64,000 bases of DNA. It comes from Ramazzottius varieornatus (Eukaryota; Animalia; Tardigrada). The stretch covers positions 8,992,711 to 9,056,710 of the forward strand of contig BDGG01000001.1 of assembly GCA_001949185.1 (NCBI GenBank), written 5' to 3'. Of this stretch, positions 12,601 through 34,928 are shown in pieces (the stretch's first letter is position 1; every line of letters starts with the position of its first letter). The translations under genes were made by a program, and so were the position numbers. The notes under the pieces were generated by a model. That model saw only the letters and a list, made by a program, of their open reading frames with translations. It had not been told where the DNA came from and searched no databases.

Positions 12601-13075
12601 ATAATGACGGAAGACATATCTGCAAAGTACGGACTCAAAACTGGTGCAACAAGCAGCGGAATTGGTAATACTAACCACTTTATGGCACGACATGGTAGTG
12701 TTGTGCCCGCACTCCGTTTCGCACTGAGCAAAAATCTGCAAGAAATCATCAACAAACAGTCAAAAAATGGACCCTTATCATTGCAACATATGGAAATGAC
12801 GATATTACAAATACAGCGCAGATTTCAGATATTTTCTGAAAACTACGCCCATAAACGTCGCCCACTTTGGGGTGACCATACTGGTGTACGCCGTACCAAA
12901 GCCATGTTCGTACCTTTGTGTTTTCATAAAGGCATCTGCTCACACACTTCGTCTTACAGATCAGATTTAAGGATAGGACATCTCGCTTGAAGTTCTGATT
13001 TAGTCCTTGCGAAAAGTCGAGATTGATTAAAAGCACAGTTATGATTACTCTTCCGCAACCGCAAATGGTACACAT
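9645..13075 (-). CDS. Receptor tyrosine kinase, FGFR/RET/Torso-like, multi-exon
   Basis: Signal-like N-terminus, Cys-rich start and TM segment ALAGAIAGPLLALLCFSVTAVYCC. Kinase motifs WELDRSRI, IGNGAYGEV, VAIK, IHRDLAARN, KIGDFGLAR, LPLKWMAIES, SDVWSFGVVLFEI and CWREEPLERPSF. Confidence 0.93.
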
Positions 13076-13443
13076 TTTTGCGGTACTGCGGGCCGAACCA
13101 TACGAAAAAAAGGGCTATAAATCTGAGGAAAGGCTAAACTGTCGTCAGTGCAAACCGCAACCTGTGCGGTTCCATACTCGGAAGCAGCATGCCTTTTCAT
13201 GTCGGATAGTCATGAGAAGAGACCGCTTGATTTTTCTCTGTAATGGCGAACCGTCAGCAAGCATCGTGGCGAGCGCTGTGTCAACAGATTTTCTTCCGGA
13301 GACCGAGTTAGTGTTACCTCTGGTGGATCGTCTTACGGTGCAATCAAAGTCAGCAAAGCGAGCCAAATGTTCTGCAGTTTGCTGCCACAACATGCGAGTT
13401 CAGCACCCCGGCAGGACACAATGACGTACGCACTACCATCATT

Positions 13444-15800
13444 TGGGTATCTGCATACGAGAATGCGTCCAAAGGGTGTCGGACTAAATTGTTCAGGAAA
13501 CGAGATTTTGCATTTTGCCCCCCAACAAGTTTTCGAAGTGCGTTTTTACCTTCGCCAAACAGACATCCCTCAACCTGAATTCGTTGGCAAAAAGCTTATC
13601 CGTCCAATGGTAAAGAAGTCATGGACATATCCCTGAAAGCTTCGAGAGTGGCAACCATGGGGCTGATCCGCACATGCATGCTCTGTAGCGTACTGCCCAT
13701 TTGCATTTGATCAATCGATCAAACGAGAGCTGACAGGAACAAGCTAGTGTGAAGACGGCTGCAGGTGCGAGTCTCCAGACATAGCACGCTGCTAACGCCA
13801 AGACTGGCTGGTCTAAACCCCTACATTTTCGATTCGAGCCCTCAAATTTTTTGGTCATTGGTACAACATTCATTTTGGTAACAAATGGTAGCAAATGTAA
13901 CTCATGATACAATTTAATGATTAGAAGAACCTGATGTCACAAAAGACCGATTCGGAGGAAAAATACTTTGGACGCATTCTCGTATGCAGATACTCATTTA
14001 CAAAGAGAAACGGTACGAGGTACAGGACATAATTCCGTCGGGGATAGCGGTTTTTGCACCATAATTCGGCCTACTGTAATGCTTCTTGAACTTCGCATAG
14101 CATGTCATGATACGCGTAAATTTACCCATCGGGCACTAGTTTCACGCAATCTGGCCAATCAACAATCCATCACATACCCCGTTATCGTCAGAAAATTCAG
14201 CCCGGCAGATTAGTCATTTTCCGCAGAAGTGAAGCTGAATTCAAAAGTGCAGTTAAAATCTTTAATAATCTCGCCAGCCAACATGTCGATTGGTTCAAGC
14301 GAGATCTGCGGCGCAACAAAAGAGTTCTCGACAGTGAATGTATTGATTTCCTGGAATGACGATATACTTTGACGAACGCATGGCGTCATGTTTCAGCTAG
14401 AAAGTAGAAGGGACAGGTAACAGGCTTCTATTACGCTCATCTGACGTCACGGTTTCGGTATCTGATAATGAGGAGGCAATCGAACAATCATCACAGTTCG
14501 AAATCCCATATGGCTTTACTTGCGGATAATTTTCGCGCGTCCGATAACGTGCTTCGCGAAGTTCAAGAAGCATTATAGTATTTTTCCTCAGTTCCTGCTG
14601 CACGTGATCACGAGTTCTTGTTTCCTGAGGTACATGGGTCCATCTTCTCGAGGTCTGAACAGCTTTGAGAACGGCAAACGGTTGTAGGTCAGAGCAATCT
14701 GTCGTGGGAGACACATGGGTCTGTCGAATGGTAACAAGCCTAAAGTTGTATCAACAGCCGTACGATCAACAGCTCACGATGCTTAAACTTTTCCCATTGT
14801 CCGAATTGTGATGCGAAAATTGCTATGCCCGAATCATGTCCTGTACCTCGTAAAATTGTTGATGAGATTATGGATTTCAGACTAAGTAACCCTATCTGCA
14901 GACATTCGACATTGGTAGCACGAAAAGTAAGGCCGAACGTCGACTTCAGAAAGTAAAAGATACCAAGACAAGTCGAAGAAAGCAGCCATGCAGAGCTGTG
15001 TCTACGACGGAGAATAACCACGCGACACGGCAGCTACACCGGCGGTATTCTGAATACACCGAAATATCCGCTGTTATGGGCTTCCGGATCAGCCGATCAG
15101 AATTCTATAGAGCCGCCGATTTACAAGAGCGCTTTTCCTATCACAGCGCCTTCGGTTCAGTCGGCAATCGGTAATAGCGTCAATACGCATGACATATGGG
15201 TATCTGCGGCCTAACTTTCATACAAACTTTTTTGCTTCCAAAGTGAACTTTTCTGGCATCAGGTTGTTCAGAATACTCTAGGACACCAAGTGGTAGCGCC
15301 GTTACGCTTCGCCACGGGTAGAAGTTCCACATTACCGTTCGCCCTTTAGGAAGATGTCCCCGAAAAAGACACAACTCGTTTTCGGTTATAACGAGGGCAC
15401 ATGTGTTGCTTGCTGCTGTAGTACTTAACTTAGATATTGAAGGGCTCGTGACTGAGACTCGTACGAAAGCGAGGAAACCAAAGATCTCGAGCGCAGTCTG
15501 GACATGCATGTATATGGCTTATTACCATCACTTTGCATAGTTGTAACGCAAATTGAATTTTACATGGGTATCTGCCATTATGACTGCATACGAGAATGCG
15601 CCAGGGGGTTGTTCGGAGAGCCAACTTGTCCAGAAAACTATCCAAAGCTTCCGGCCTCTAAGGACAACTTTAAAACGGAACCTCCGTCCGCACCAAACAG
15701 ACCTTGAGCAACAAGAATCCGAGGAACTTGACATATACATGGGAGGCATATTCTCATACGCAGATATTCACACACAGCATACAGAATACATCCGTACACG
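13444..15800. repeat. Cluster of decayed, mutually related segments in direct and inverted orientation
   Basis: 17-bp identity at 13451-13467 / 15584-15600. Perfect inverted matches at 14014-14030 / 14836-14852 and 14077-14096 / 14556-14575. FSYAD(T/I)H peptide recurs near 13980 and 15755. Confidence 0.6.
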
Positions 15801-18800
15801 GATCCACGTAGCCTCATAGCCTGCATCAAAGGTGTTTGACGCCACGCGATGCCGCGGATGGGTGCATTCTGTACACGACAGCTCCTAAACGCGAGAGGCC
15901 CCTAACTTTTTGGCCTCTCGGGGTTTCCAGCTTAAAAAATCCGATGGCTTGAGTTTGTGCCAATTAGAAAATTTCTTTGAGGGAAGACTCAAGCATTCCG
16001 TAAGACGCCGGATGAACCACCCTATCAAAGTGAATCAACGCATGCGGCTCTGATCCATTCGGCTTGCCGAATCTTACATAATACGTGATTACTTGTGTCA
16101 TCCCTACGTTGGTTGGGAATTTAGCAAACGTGCTGGTAAACCTACTGGGCAAATAATATTACTGCGAATTGAAAGTGCTTCTTAGTTATTTCACCTCCTG
16201 ATGCATTCGATGAACGCTATTATATGCTTCTTACACTTCTGAGCCTGTGAATCAAGCGAGCACGGTGTCTCCAAGAGAAACGGAAGTGTAGAAGAAGCGG
16301 TTGTCAGGCTTGCACATTTGCGTACTTTGAGGACTGCAACCTCTGGCGCTGGTCGGTCAGTTTCTTGGTATCCTGCAAGATAAGCGAATTGACGTATGAA
16401 GGAATATTATGCGCTTTCGGAAGTAGCGTCTGAACTGGTTTAATGGACCGGCCATGCAAGTGAAGCAAGATTGTCTTTTGTTCCGGAAACCTTCAAGGCC
16501 TGAATATGTCAACGTCATGGATCAGTGCGTTCACATGGATGATCTTAGGATGTCTGTGCTTTCCCGTGCCGATAAGCGGAACGCCTTACAATGGCCGGAC
16601 AGATCACGTGACGCCACCTTCCACGGATTCTCCACTGCACAAAGGTGACTACAGCTATACATAGTTACGGTTTACAAAAAACGTTTGGTTTGCATGGTGC
16701 TGTGTTTTTAGGTGGTGACCTAGGCCAAGAAATCAAAGAAACACGCGATGGGTCCAAACATTCAGCCGGGGGAATGTTGATGATGCTTGAGCTTATGACG
16801 CTGCTCAATGCTGCAGGTGGACAAGCTTCAGCTCCAGCTTCCGGATCGGCAGCTGCCGCTCCATCGCCGGTACAGCTACTGTCACCTTTACAATACAGAG
16901 TCGTGTACTGTGATCGAGTCGTGCTCCGATGTGGAACAGAAAGTTTAAAGTCCCTTTGCTTTCACAGGGTGGCGCTCCCGGCGGAAGCGGTATACCGCTG
17001 GGTACGCTCTTGCAGTTGATGACCTGTAAGTCTGCAGCACGCACCTCTAATTTCTAGCAGAAAAACACCAGTTTTATTTCTGTACACCGAAAGTAACGAC
17101 GATTTCAATTACAGTGATGCACGGTGGCAGACATCATAGAGATTAGCTGGAGCATGGCAGAGATGGAAGAATCTTACGTCAAAAGTGACTGGTGTAGTAC
17201 TGCTTGATCTTTCTAGCTGTGACCACTGCACCATACCAGTACTGGTTGTCGGCCAGGTTGCAGCAGCAGCAACCTTCATCTTAATTACAGCCCGTTCAAG
17301 CGAACTTGTCACCACCCTTTCAAAAAATTGATTCTCTTCCAATAACGATTTCTGAGAGCAGCTGCTTTTAATTTTTGCCTGATAGCCCCCATTTTCCCCT
17401 TTCAGAAAAGTACCGGACACCCCGAATCGAACTAGCGTTATCGAAACACCGATCAGAAAAGCTCAAGGCTCGACGGGAGCAGTCGTGTAGAGACGCTTGT
17501 TTTTCCAACGGTCCCAAAACAGACTTTTACCTCGAAAAATTTTGTTTGAGACAACGAAAAGAAACCGCTGATGCAGACTGATAGCGCATCTGATCTAGTA
17601 TCGGACGCGCTAGAGTTTGCGTGAAATGAGTTACGCTGGATTTAGCAGACTTGAATTCCAAGAAAAAAAGTTGATACTCGGTCGGATGACGACCGAAATC
17701 CAAATTTCTTCTCGGCAACCAACGGTACTTTCAAACAATTCGTTTTCGGTTAATTCTAGTAGTTTATTGACAGGGCTTTCACCCGTAGCCTAAAAGTTAG
17801 GCCTGAAACTCTCATCGTGAATTTTCCGACAGTTTTGAAAAACCAGTGGTGACAACTTTGCTTGACCGGGCTGTACTTCGAGAGCCTGTAACTGCATAAA
17901 CTGTGCCTTCCTCGCCGCTCCGACCGCACAGAAACTGACAGTGCAGTTCGTGTGCAAGAGCAAAGACCATAATCATAGTAAAAGTAGACGGTACTACAAC
18001 TAGATTCATAATTGATACTGACATTGTACCAGCTCATAAGCATTAAAAAAGGCTCAGAGGAACAGACTGTGCCTGGGACTGTGGGTAGCGTCGTCGGAGA
18101 CCCGACTACCTTGATCGCTCGACTCGCCAGGCTGCAAACATCCACAACTCCGCCGTCCTTCAGTTGATAGATTTGCGGCGTAGACCGATAGCTTCCCCAG
18201 GCAACGTTTTACGAAGTAGAATGAGCCGTTTCAAGCCGACCTTTGGCACCCCAGGCCATATGAAAAAGCCGGTTCCTGACCGGTTCGGGCGAACCAGTAA
18301 TTTGTAATAAAACCAGCTCTAAAACTAATTGAACCCCCCATGTATAATGATTAACTCGTCCGAGCTCAGTGCGCTCAGTGTCAAAACAGCCGAGTATGGA
18401 CAATGAAAAACCACAAATATTGTCATATTTCTACGAAGACTTTTTCGGTGTTTATGGCAACTGGCCTCCAGAGCGAAGCAACCCCTGCTTTACTGTAATC
18501 CTACTGTACTCGAGTTTTTCTTGCAGTGATAAATAATGACACAGGTTGGCTCCAGTTGATGCTACTTTTACCAGCAGCACTTCTGAAACCGCACTCTGCA
18601 TGTCCACTGACGTAGCTAAGTTGGCATGTCATGCCAGTGCGATCACCAAAGAGGATATATTATACGAAATTTCGGCCTTCTACCACCTGGAATGCCATTG
18701 GAGTGTCACTCGAAACCGATGCAATCCTTTGCACACCTTGTTTCGCTTTATGGACCTGCTTCTGAGCTTTGCGGAAACTTCACTTAGCCATTCACGGATT

Positions 18801-19626
18801 TGCTGCATTGCTTTGGACAGAGCATGAGCAACTGTCTATCAGTCGACTGTGCCTAATTCAGCCAATGCCGCCGCCACCTGTTGCTGTTGTTATTGGTTTT
18901 AAGTCTCAACCTACTTGAGCTCGTCGCACTCGCTGTTAGATCAGCCAGATAACATGTCCAGCACTTCGCTAAAGCACCAGGCGCTTCCCCATGTGTTCCG
19001 GCCGATGCAGTGTTGTGAAAGTTTTACAAATTAGCCCATGCTGATGTACGGCTTCTTCCTGACTTTCGCTGTCTGCTTTATACTGTTTGGAAAAGACCGC
19101 TCGATTCTGGCTCGTTGAGTGTCCTAACTCAGGCGTAACGCTACAAGTCTGTTTTCAGAAACGACCATCGTTGAATGGCTTCAAGTCGTGGGTTTGTTGT
19201 GCTGTCGAAGCTTTTGAAGCGGAAAGAGGCCACCTGAGCAAACAAATTAATCCGCTGGCTACCCAGAGTACACCAAGGTTCTCGGTAGTCAGTCGATTGA
19301 TCTAAGACTACCACGTAGAACGGGCAGCCTGTTCTTTGAGAAGAAAAGGCCCAGGTGTCGAGCCGGATATTTCCGCTGAAGTCAAACTCAGCCAGAGCGC
19401 ATGTGCCGCCAAAATGCAGGCTGACTGCGCGGTAATTCGGACAGCATTTCCGCAATGTTGCGTATCCAAACCTTGGATAAAGCCACGACACAAGCCTGCG
19501 ATGGTTCCTGAATATAGAACAGCTGTTTTTGATACAGAGCATGCGCCGTTCCACTGTTACCCAGTAGCTAATCCAGTGCAGGGGTTTTTCTCAAGGTGCT
19601 TGCGGGAATTAATTCGACGTATAGTC

Positions 19627-20154
19627 ATGTTGCGTATCCCATATGGAGTCGCGGTCTTAAGTAAGTTGGGAACCCACCTCAGCCATTCTGGTGTTACGAG
19701 CGACCTAGGTTTTTCAGTTAATATCGAATTCACTAAAGTTAAAGAAGCTTGTCCTAGATCATTGCATGCTTTACAGGTTTGCTCGTCAGTTGCCTCATCC
19801 AGCTAAGAGCGTTTCCTCTGCTGAAGCCGAGACTGATGACTCCGCCAAACTGCGTCTGCCCTGATACACCATTACTTATGCAACCGGTCTGTGGAAGTAA
19901 TGGCCAAAACTACTCCAATTGGTGCCAGTTCACCAATGTGAAATTCGCCAACCCGAGTGCGTTGACTAAAACGCTTTAAAGGCTATAACCTTCGATAAAG
20001 CTATTTGATAGTCTTTGACGATCCTGCAGATTTGGGAAGGGTTCTCTGTCATGCCCTTCCGGATATATCCAGAAACTTGACTCAGTCTTTGATCACGGCC
20101 CACCCTCGTAGGTTGCATATCTCAAGTTCTTACGTGCAGCAACCCGACGAATGA
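19627..20154 (+). CDS. Small secreted Kazal-type protease-inhibitor-like protein, about 112 aa, 3 exons (19627-19660, 19777-19956, 20030-20154)
   Basis: Spliced product MLRIPYGVAVLSLLVSCLIQLRAF...CVCPDTPLLMQPVCGSNGQNYSNWCQF...NPNLGRVLC. It has a signal peptide and the Kazal core PVCGSNG..Y.N.C. Confidence 0.75.
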
Positions 20155-21603
20155 TTCTGTTTCAGTACAAGTGAGCAAATGCCTGACGAACGGTCGTACC
20201 GTCACCGGCACCCGTTATCAGCTGCACTTCCAGCTGCAATCACAGCCCGGTAAGAATCGGGTTGGATCGACCATTTCTAAAGGTCGTACGCAGATATAAT
20301 TAAGGCCTTTTTGTTTACTGGTAGGGATAGGGTTTCGCTGTGACCAACCATGTCCATGTTCGGTACCGGTCTGTCCTCGCACAGTGGTAAGTTTCACAAC
20401 AGTACATCCTACCGGAAGGGCTACGAAGATTTTTGGACAATGACCCTCTGTTCTTGCAGCGCAGACCACTGCATCTTGTACCGTGATCATTTCGCAACTT
20501 ATTGCCCGACATTGATCTAAAACGAGCCCGTGTCAATGCAAAACCTTGTCTTGTACGTCATCAAGCATTGTACAAGATGGTACCCTTTATTTGAGACAAT
20601 GTTGTCCAACAGTTAAATGCACAATACAAATCTGTAAGACTCTTTGTAGCATTGGTATCTGCGGATGACACCCATACTTTCCTCGACAAAGTAAATAGTC
20701 TTTGTCGCTGTCAAACTACGATGATTTGATTACCTCAACCAGCCAGACGCAACCAACAAGGGGATCACGGCAAGCGTTAAGTCCTAATGCTCCAACCAAT
20801 TCCGCAAGAAGATAGAGAAGAGTTTCCCGTTGACAGCGCATCGTGGCACGTCATCCAGGATAACCCTTGCACATCAGCTGATCGGCTGATGAGTTTATAC
20901 TCAATCAAAACTCTCAATCAAGCATTCTTACGTCACTGCAGCCGCTGGGAGTCGTAACTTCCGGATCTCGCAGTATCTTCCAGGATTTTTCTTCTGACTA
21001 GATCTATAGCTCAAACTGTAGATAAAACTTTCCTCTATCTTCATGCGGTATCAGCTTCAGCATCGGGATTTACCGGTCTCTATAATCCCCTCGTAAGTTC
21101 ATACGTCGATTAGCTTTGTTTGAGTTGACAGAAGATGGTCTTTCGTTTGGCTCACATCGATATCTCAAACTGCTCGTCACAGCATCACGGCAGAAAAATT
21201 CCAAATTTTCAAAACTGAATGGCAAAGCCAGAAAGCATTGACATCCGACAATCCCACTGACAGATTGGTAAGCAGTTTCAACCATTCTTCATTAGAAATC
21301 CTGTCTGGAGGTGGCCCAGAAAAAGATGGCTAAGCTTTATTATCTAGAGCGTAGCGCCCATTGTCATGATGTCGATCTGCACCACGCCGAAGGACCCCCG
21401 AAAAGACAACCAATACTTCATCGTTTCAAAAGAACCAGCTTTTGAGAAAACGAGAAAGGGTTTGAGAAGAAGAGGGCTGCATGCCCACAATGAGAACATT
21501 TGATGTGGTCAAGCGAAGTCCAATGTTGAACAAGTTTCCACAAAATACTGCCGAAGAAATTTTCGTAAATTCCATTTGTCGGGTTCTGATGCGAACTCCG
21601 TGA

Positions 21604-22883
21604 TTACTGAGAGAAACGTAGCTCTTTGCCGCGATAATTCTCGATCCTTCTTTGATATGGTGCCTGCAATGGGCGGAAGTTATCACCCAGCTTGTCCAGA
21701 CCTGACAAGCCATTTCCATCGTCCAAGCGACGAAAGGCGCTCAGTTGCTTTTCCGTGATCTTTTGCGGCTTCTTCATAACGAACCATTGGACGGCCTCCG
21801 TGCAGGGTGGTGTGGTCAAGGAGCCCATGTAGCGATAGTAGCCGGTGGAGGGCGGAAGGAGGCCCGACAAAGTGAAATGTTCCAGTGTCACATTGGCAGG
21901 CTTGTCTGACAATAACACAATATTATTATCATAAGGCCGTTGTCGATTTCTGGATCAGCTCATCTTGAAGTCACAGGAATTGCTCACTTTGTTCGATGAC
22001 CTCCGTAAGCGCTTCGGCGATTGTATCCAGTTGTCTGAGTCTCTTACGTTCGTCGCTGGTCAGTTCGAAGAGGATACCCACCACTGCTAGACCGGTGGAA
22101 TTTCCATGTGCTTCCCTGTTGTCGCCGCTGCTGTGCCGATGGACAATATGTAACTGCAAACAGATTAAATTTGCCCTAGTGATCTTATATTCGACAGGTC
22201 GTCTTTTATTACAACGTTAATTTGATGTTTACCTCAAGAGGAAATCTCTTGTCATTGATGACGTGCTCCGAGCCTCGTAGACTGGTGGTGCCCCAGTGAA
22301 AGTGAAGCTGCGTAAAGGCATAGTCGGCAGCCAGTCCCCCCTTGGACAGTGTGGGCAAATAACTGCTGTTATAGGACCCGCCGAACTGCACTATTAAATA
22401 TCAAAAATTATCATGCTGCTGCCCTTTCAATTGGAAAAAAAGATTTGTGGTGTCACACCCACCCGTATGGCCGTTGTTGACCACAGTCCATAAGTTGGCC
22501 TCGGGGAAGGATGAGTATGCGTGGAAGAGCAAAGGTTCAAGACGGGAAGAGCGAATAGTTTTGGCCGTGTTGATGGCGATGGGCGACTGTTGAGCTCCCT
22601 TACAGGCCGGAAACTTCTTGTCCCATTGGTCCGGCGGCGACTCTGCAAGTACCAGCCAGCTTAATTTGCTGAGGGCTATCCCTGGTTATAAGTAGAGCCA
22701 AGCAGACATCAGCCTACCGTTAGCACCGTGCTCGTATCCCCAATGGCTCAGCGAATTGCCGAACCTCAGATAACGTTGAAGGGTCCTTGGATTGATCAGT
22801 CGTAAGTCACCCTGAAATTTAAACCATCCGCTGCAGAGATGGCCACAGAAAAGCAGCAGCAGCGCTCCAAGATGATACTTCAT
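21604..22883 (-). CDS. Secreted alpha-class carbonic anhydrase, multi-exon
   Basis: Signal peptide MKYHLGALLLLFCGHLCSG, then HWGY, QQSPIAI, the Zn ligands QLHFHWG...GSEH...LHIVH, YYRYMGSLTTPPCTEAVQW and DNFRPLQ. Confidence 0.95.
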
Positions 22884-23924
22884 GTTGGCGGTATCACACA
22901 AGATATTGTTACAAGACTCTGCATCAAGAAGAGCTTCTGAATTCCTAGAGAGTTACTGGCCAACAGGACCGACCCGCAAAAAGTGCCATCCAACACCTTG
23001 CTGTAGTCCCGATAAATTACGGTCAAGTCCTGCTGAACGACATACAAAGAGAGTACTCATCAACGCTGTCCGGCACAGGCAAAAAAACATCCGTCTTGAA
23101 ACATGCGGCTGTGCCTGATCAAGTACGTGGGTGAAACTTTAAATATTTCATCGTATTGTCAGCAAATTTCATCGTCCTTTGCGTTGTGCGTTAATTAACG
23201 GCAGATTTAGTCATCAACAGCAGAAAAAATAAATACTTGTGGATAAAATAGAGACCCACTTGGCAGCCCACCACACTCTTTTGGGACTTGAACAAGCAGT
23301 AAGGAAGGAGGCGGTATACAGTACTTATTGGCAGTGAGCCATATCGTGCATTGGTTTATAATCTCAGTGCAGGTCACCTTCAGCAGCAGACTTCAAGGAA
23401 TCGACCGGTCAAAACGTGTCACGTTGTGTCGATCTGCACATTTGAGCTATGCTAAGATGGACAGGCTAAGCACGATCGTGAGCTTTGCCGGCGATGAGGA
23501 AATGTGAAGTAACTTCTACTGTTCTACTTCGCCGTAGCGCCCTCGGCCCATTCTTGGTATGGCGGAATATAGGCAGTACAGTGCCACAGAGCTCAGCAGT
23601 CTCACGGGCGAGAATTACCACACACACTCATGTTTCTTCCCAGTAAAGCTTAAGCGGATGTGCTAGCAATTATTATCCACAAAGTGCTTTAGTGTAATCC
23701 AGTCAGCAATCTGCCCACCACAACTCTCGATGTATGGAGAAATGAATAGGGCGCAGAAAGACTTGCTGGTTGGCTTTCCATGCAATGAGGCTATCCTATG
23801 ACGCTGCCTTCCTTACCCGTAATGACGTGGTCTTGCTTGCGATTTGCTTGTGCACTAACTTAGCTTACCACAAAACGAACATCCAGTTTTTTATTCTTTT
23901 TCTAGTTTCTTCAATAATTAAAGG

Positions 23925-24058
23925 CAGGGCCGTCGCGGCCTGTATTGGATGTATCAAGATTGCACTGTGACGTCTCCGGCTTAAGGCTGGTCACAGTGCA
24001 AAACTGATCACGACGCATGACGCAGTTGATACATCCAATACAGGCCGCGACGGCCCTG
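23925..24058. mobile_element. 134-bp hAT-type MITE
   Basis: Perfect 33-bp TIR CAGGGCCGTCGCGGCCTGTATTGGATGTATCAA. 8-bp TSD ATTAAAGG at 23917-23924 and 24059-24066. Internal hairpin TGCACTGTGAC/GTCACAGTGCA. Confidence 0.93.
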
Positions 24059-24161
24059 ATTAAAGGACAGGCTTTTCGTGTCAGGCCAATGACAGATATA
24101 ACGAAGGCGACCACATCTATGGACAATTCAACATCGATTTGGTCGTTCAAAGGGGACAGCA

Positions 24162-33566
<9,405 letters not shown>

Positions 33567-33837
33567 GGCAAACGTGAAGAAGGACGAATTTCTTCCCTAC
33601 CACGAGTTGTCCGAGGACGGTGCGGAATCAGCTAAGGCAGAAAAACATCTGAAAAACCGTCATCAATAAGTTCAGCGTGCAGAAAATCTGCCGCAGCCAG
33701 CTTATAACGGATGGAAATTAATACTGTATGACCATGGTATCGTTATCGGAAAGACAATATTCTGTTCTCAGAAAGCGAGAAGGTAGCGAAACTGTTTGAC
33801 TGCATTTGTCAAAACATATGGCACTCCATGTGTGGAC

Positions 33838-34404
33838 TAGGGATGTTAATTAACCAACCGACGACGGATATATCCGGTTAAAAGACGGATTGGATAAGCA
33901 TATTAACCATCCGCTTATTAGCCGGATAAAGCTCTTAACCAACCGGATAGAACCCGGATAAACGTCCGTATCCAACCAGATTTTATCCGGTTAATGAGCT
34001 TCGAATCAATCAGAAAATCAAAGCAAAATGCTGTAGGTTACGAGCTGTAGTCTGGCTGCCGACGGGTCTTGGGCTAACTGGCTCAAAATTCGTTTTTTTA
34101 CGCAATCTCCTAATTAGCAACCGCACCGGAAGTTAGCGTTGTCTTCGAAGCTATGGTTGCGATGATGATTGACGATGATGAGTAAACAGAGCGAAGGTTC
34201 GACAGCTTCGACTCACACCTAAAAACTGACGAAAATCTTTAACCAGAATTTTAACCGGATAATATTCGGATAATCCGGATAAAAGTTTTAACCAGAGAGC
34301 TGGATAAGGATAAGTCTTTTAACCAACCACACTGTATCCGGATAAAGTTTAATCCAACCGCTTATCCAACCGTTTAACCGTTTAACCAACCATTAAAATC
34401 CCTA
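33838..34404. mobile_element. Non-autonomous hAT (Ac/Ds-like) element upstream of the MRP gene
   Basis: Termini TAGGGATGTTAAT ... ATTAAAATCCCTA. 8-bp TSD GTGTGGAC at 33830-33837 and 34405-34412. Many subterminal AACCG/CGGATA repeats. Confidence 0.93.
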
Positions 34405-34928
34405 GTGTGGACACGGTAGAGTATGCATTATGAGGTGTAGGTTTCACACTTTGTGGGCTAACGCACTTCCGGTACGCCTTACATCGTTTTGCGGCGTTTG
34501 TATACTAGTACCAACGTCCGTACCATTCAGCGATGGTGATCGAGATGTCATGACTCATGGGTGATGATGCACCACACTCCAGCGCTCCAATCAGATTCAC
34601 ATAAATCAATTAAGATTCAAGATTCATACCAGTGTAACTGCACATACTACACTTTCGAACGCGACCGAAAGTGTTATCTGTGGTGGCCCAGTTTATCATG
34701 AGCACAATAGCATATAATATGCGCCACCGACTCGGGATCGAGTGTAAGTTAGAGGCGGCGCAGTACTCCGTACAAAAGAACGGAAACTGCCAAAAAACTG
34801 AAGCCGCATCATGTTACATAGACAGCACACAAAAATAATATTATCACAATTCTAGTAGATAAAAACCAATGAAAACAAGGGCAGGAACATCCCGTTGCAC
34901 AGAAATGAATGGTAATATAAGGGAACAG

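Noticed and set aside
16000-19600. Many short ORFs and coding-like, stop-riddled stretches
   Set aside because: No recognisable domain or consistent splice model.
20440-20500. Minus-strand peptide NDHGTRCSG resembling the furin/kexin catalytic His motif
   Set aside because: No other subtilisin motifs or supporting exons nearby; probably coincidence.
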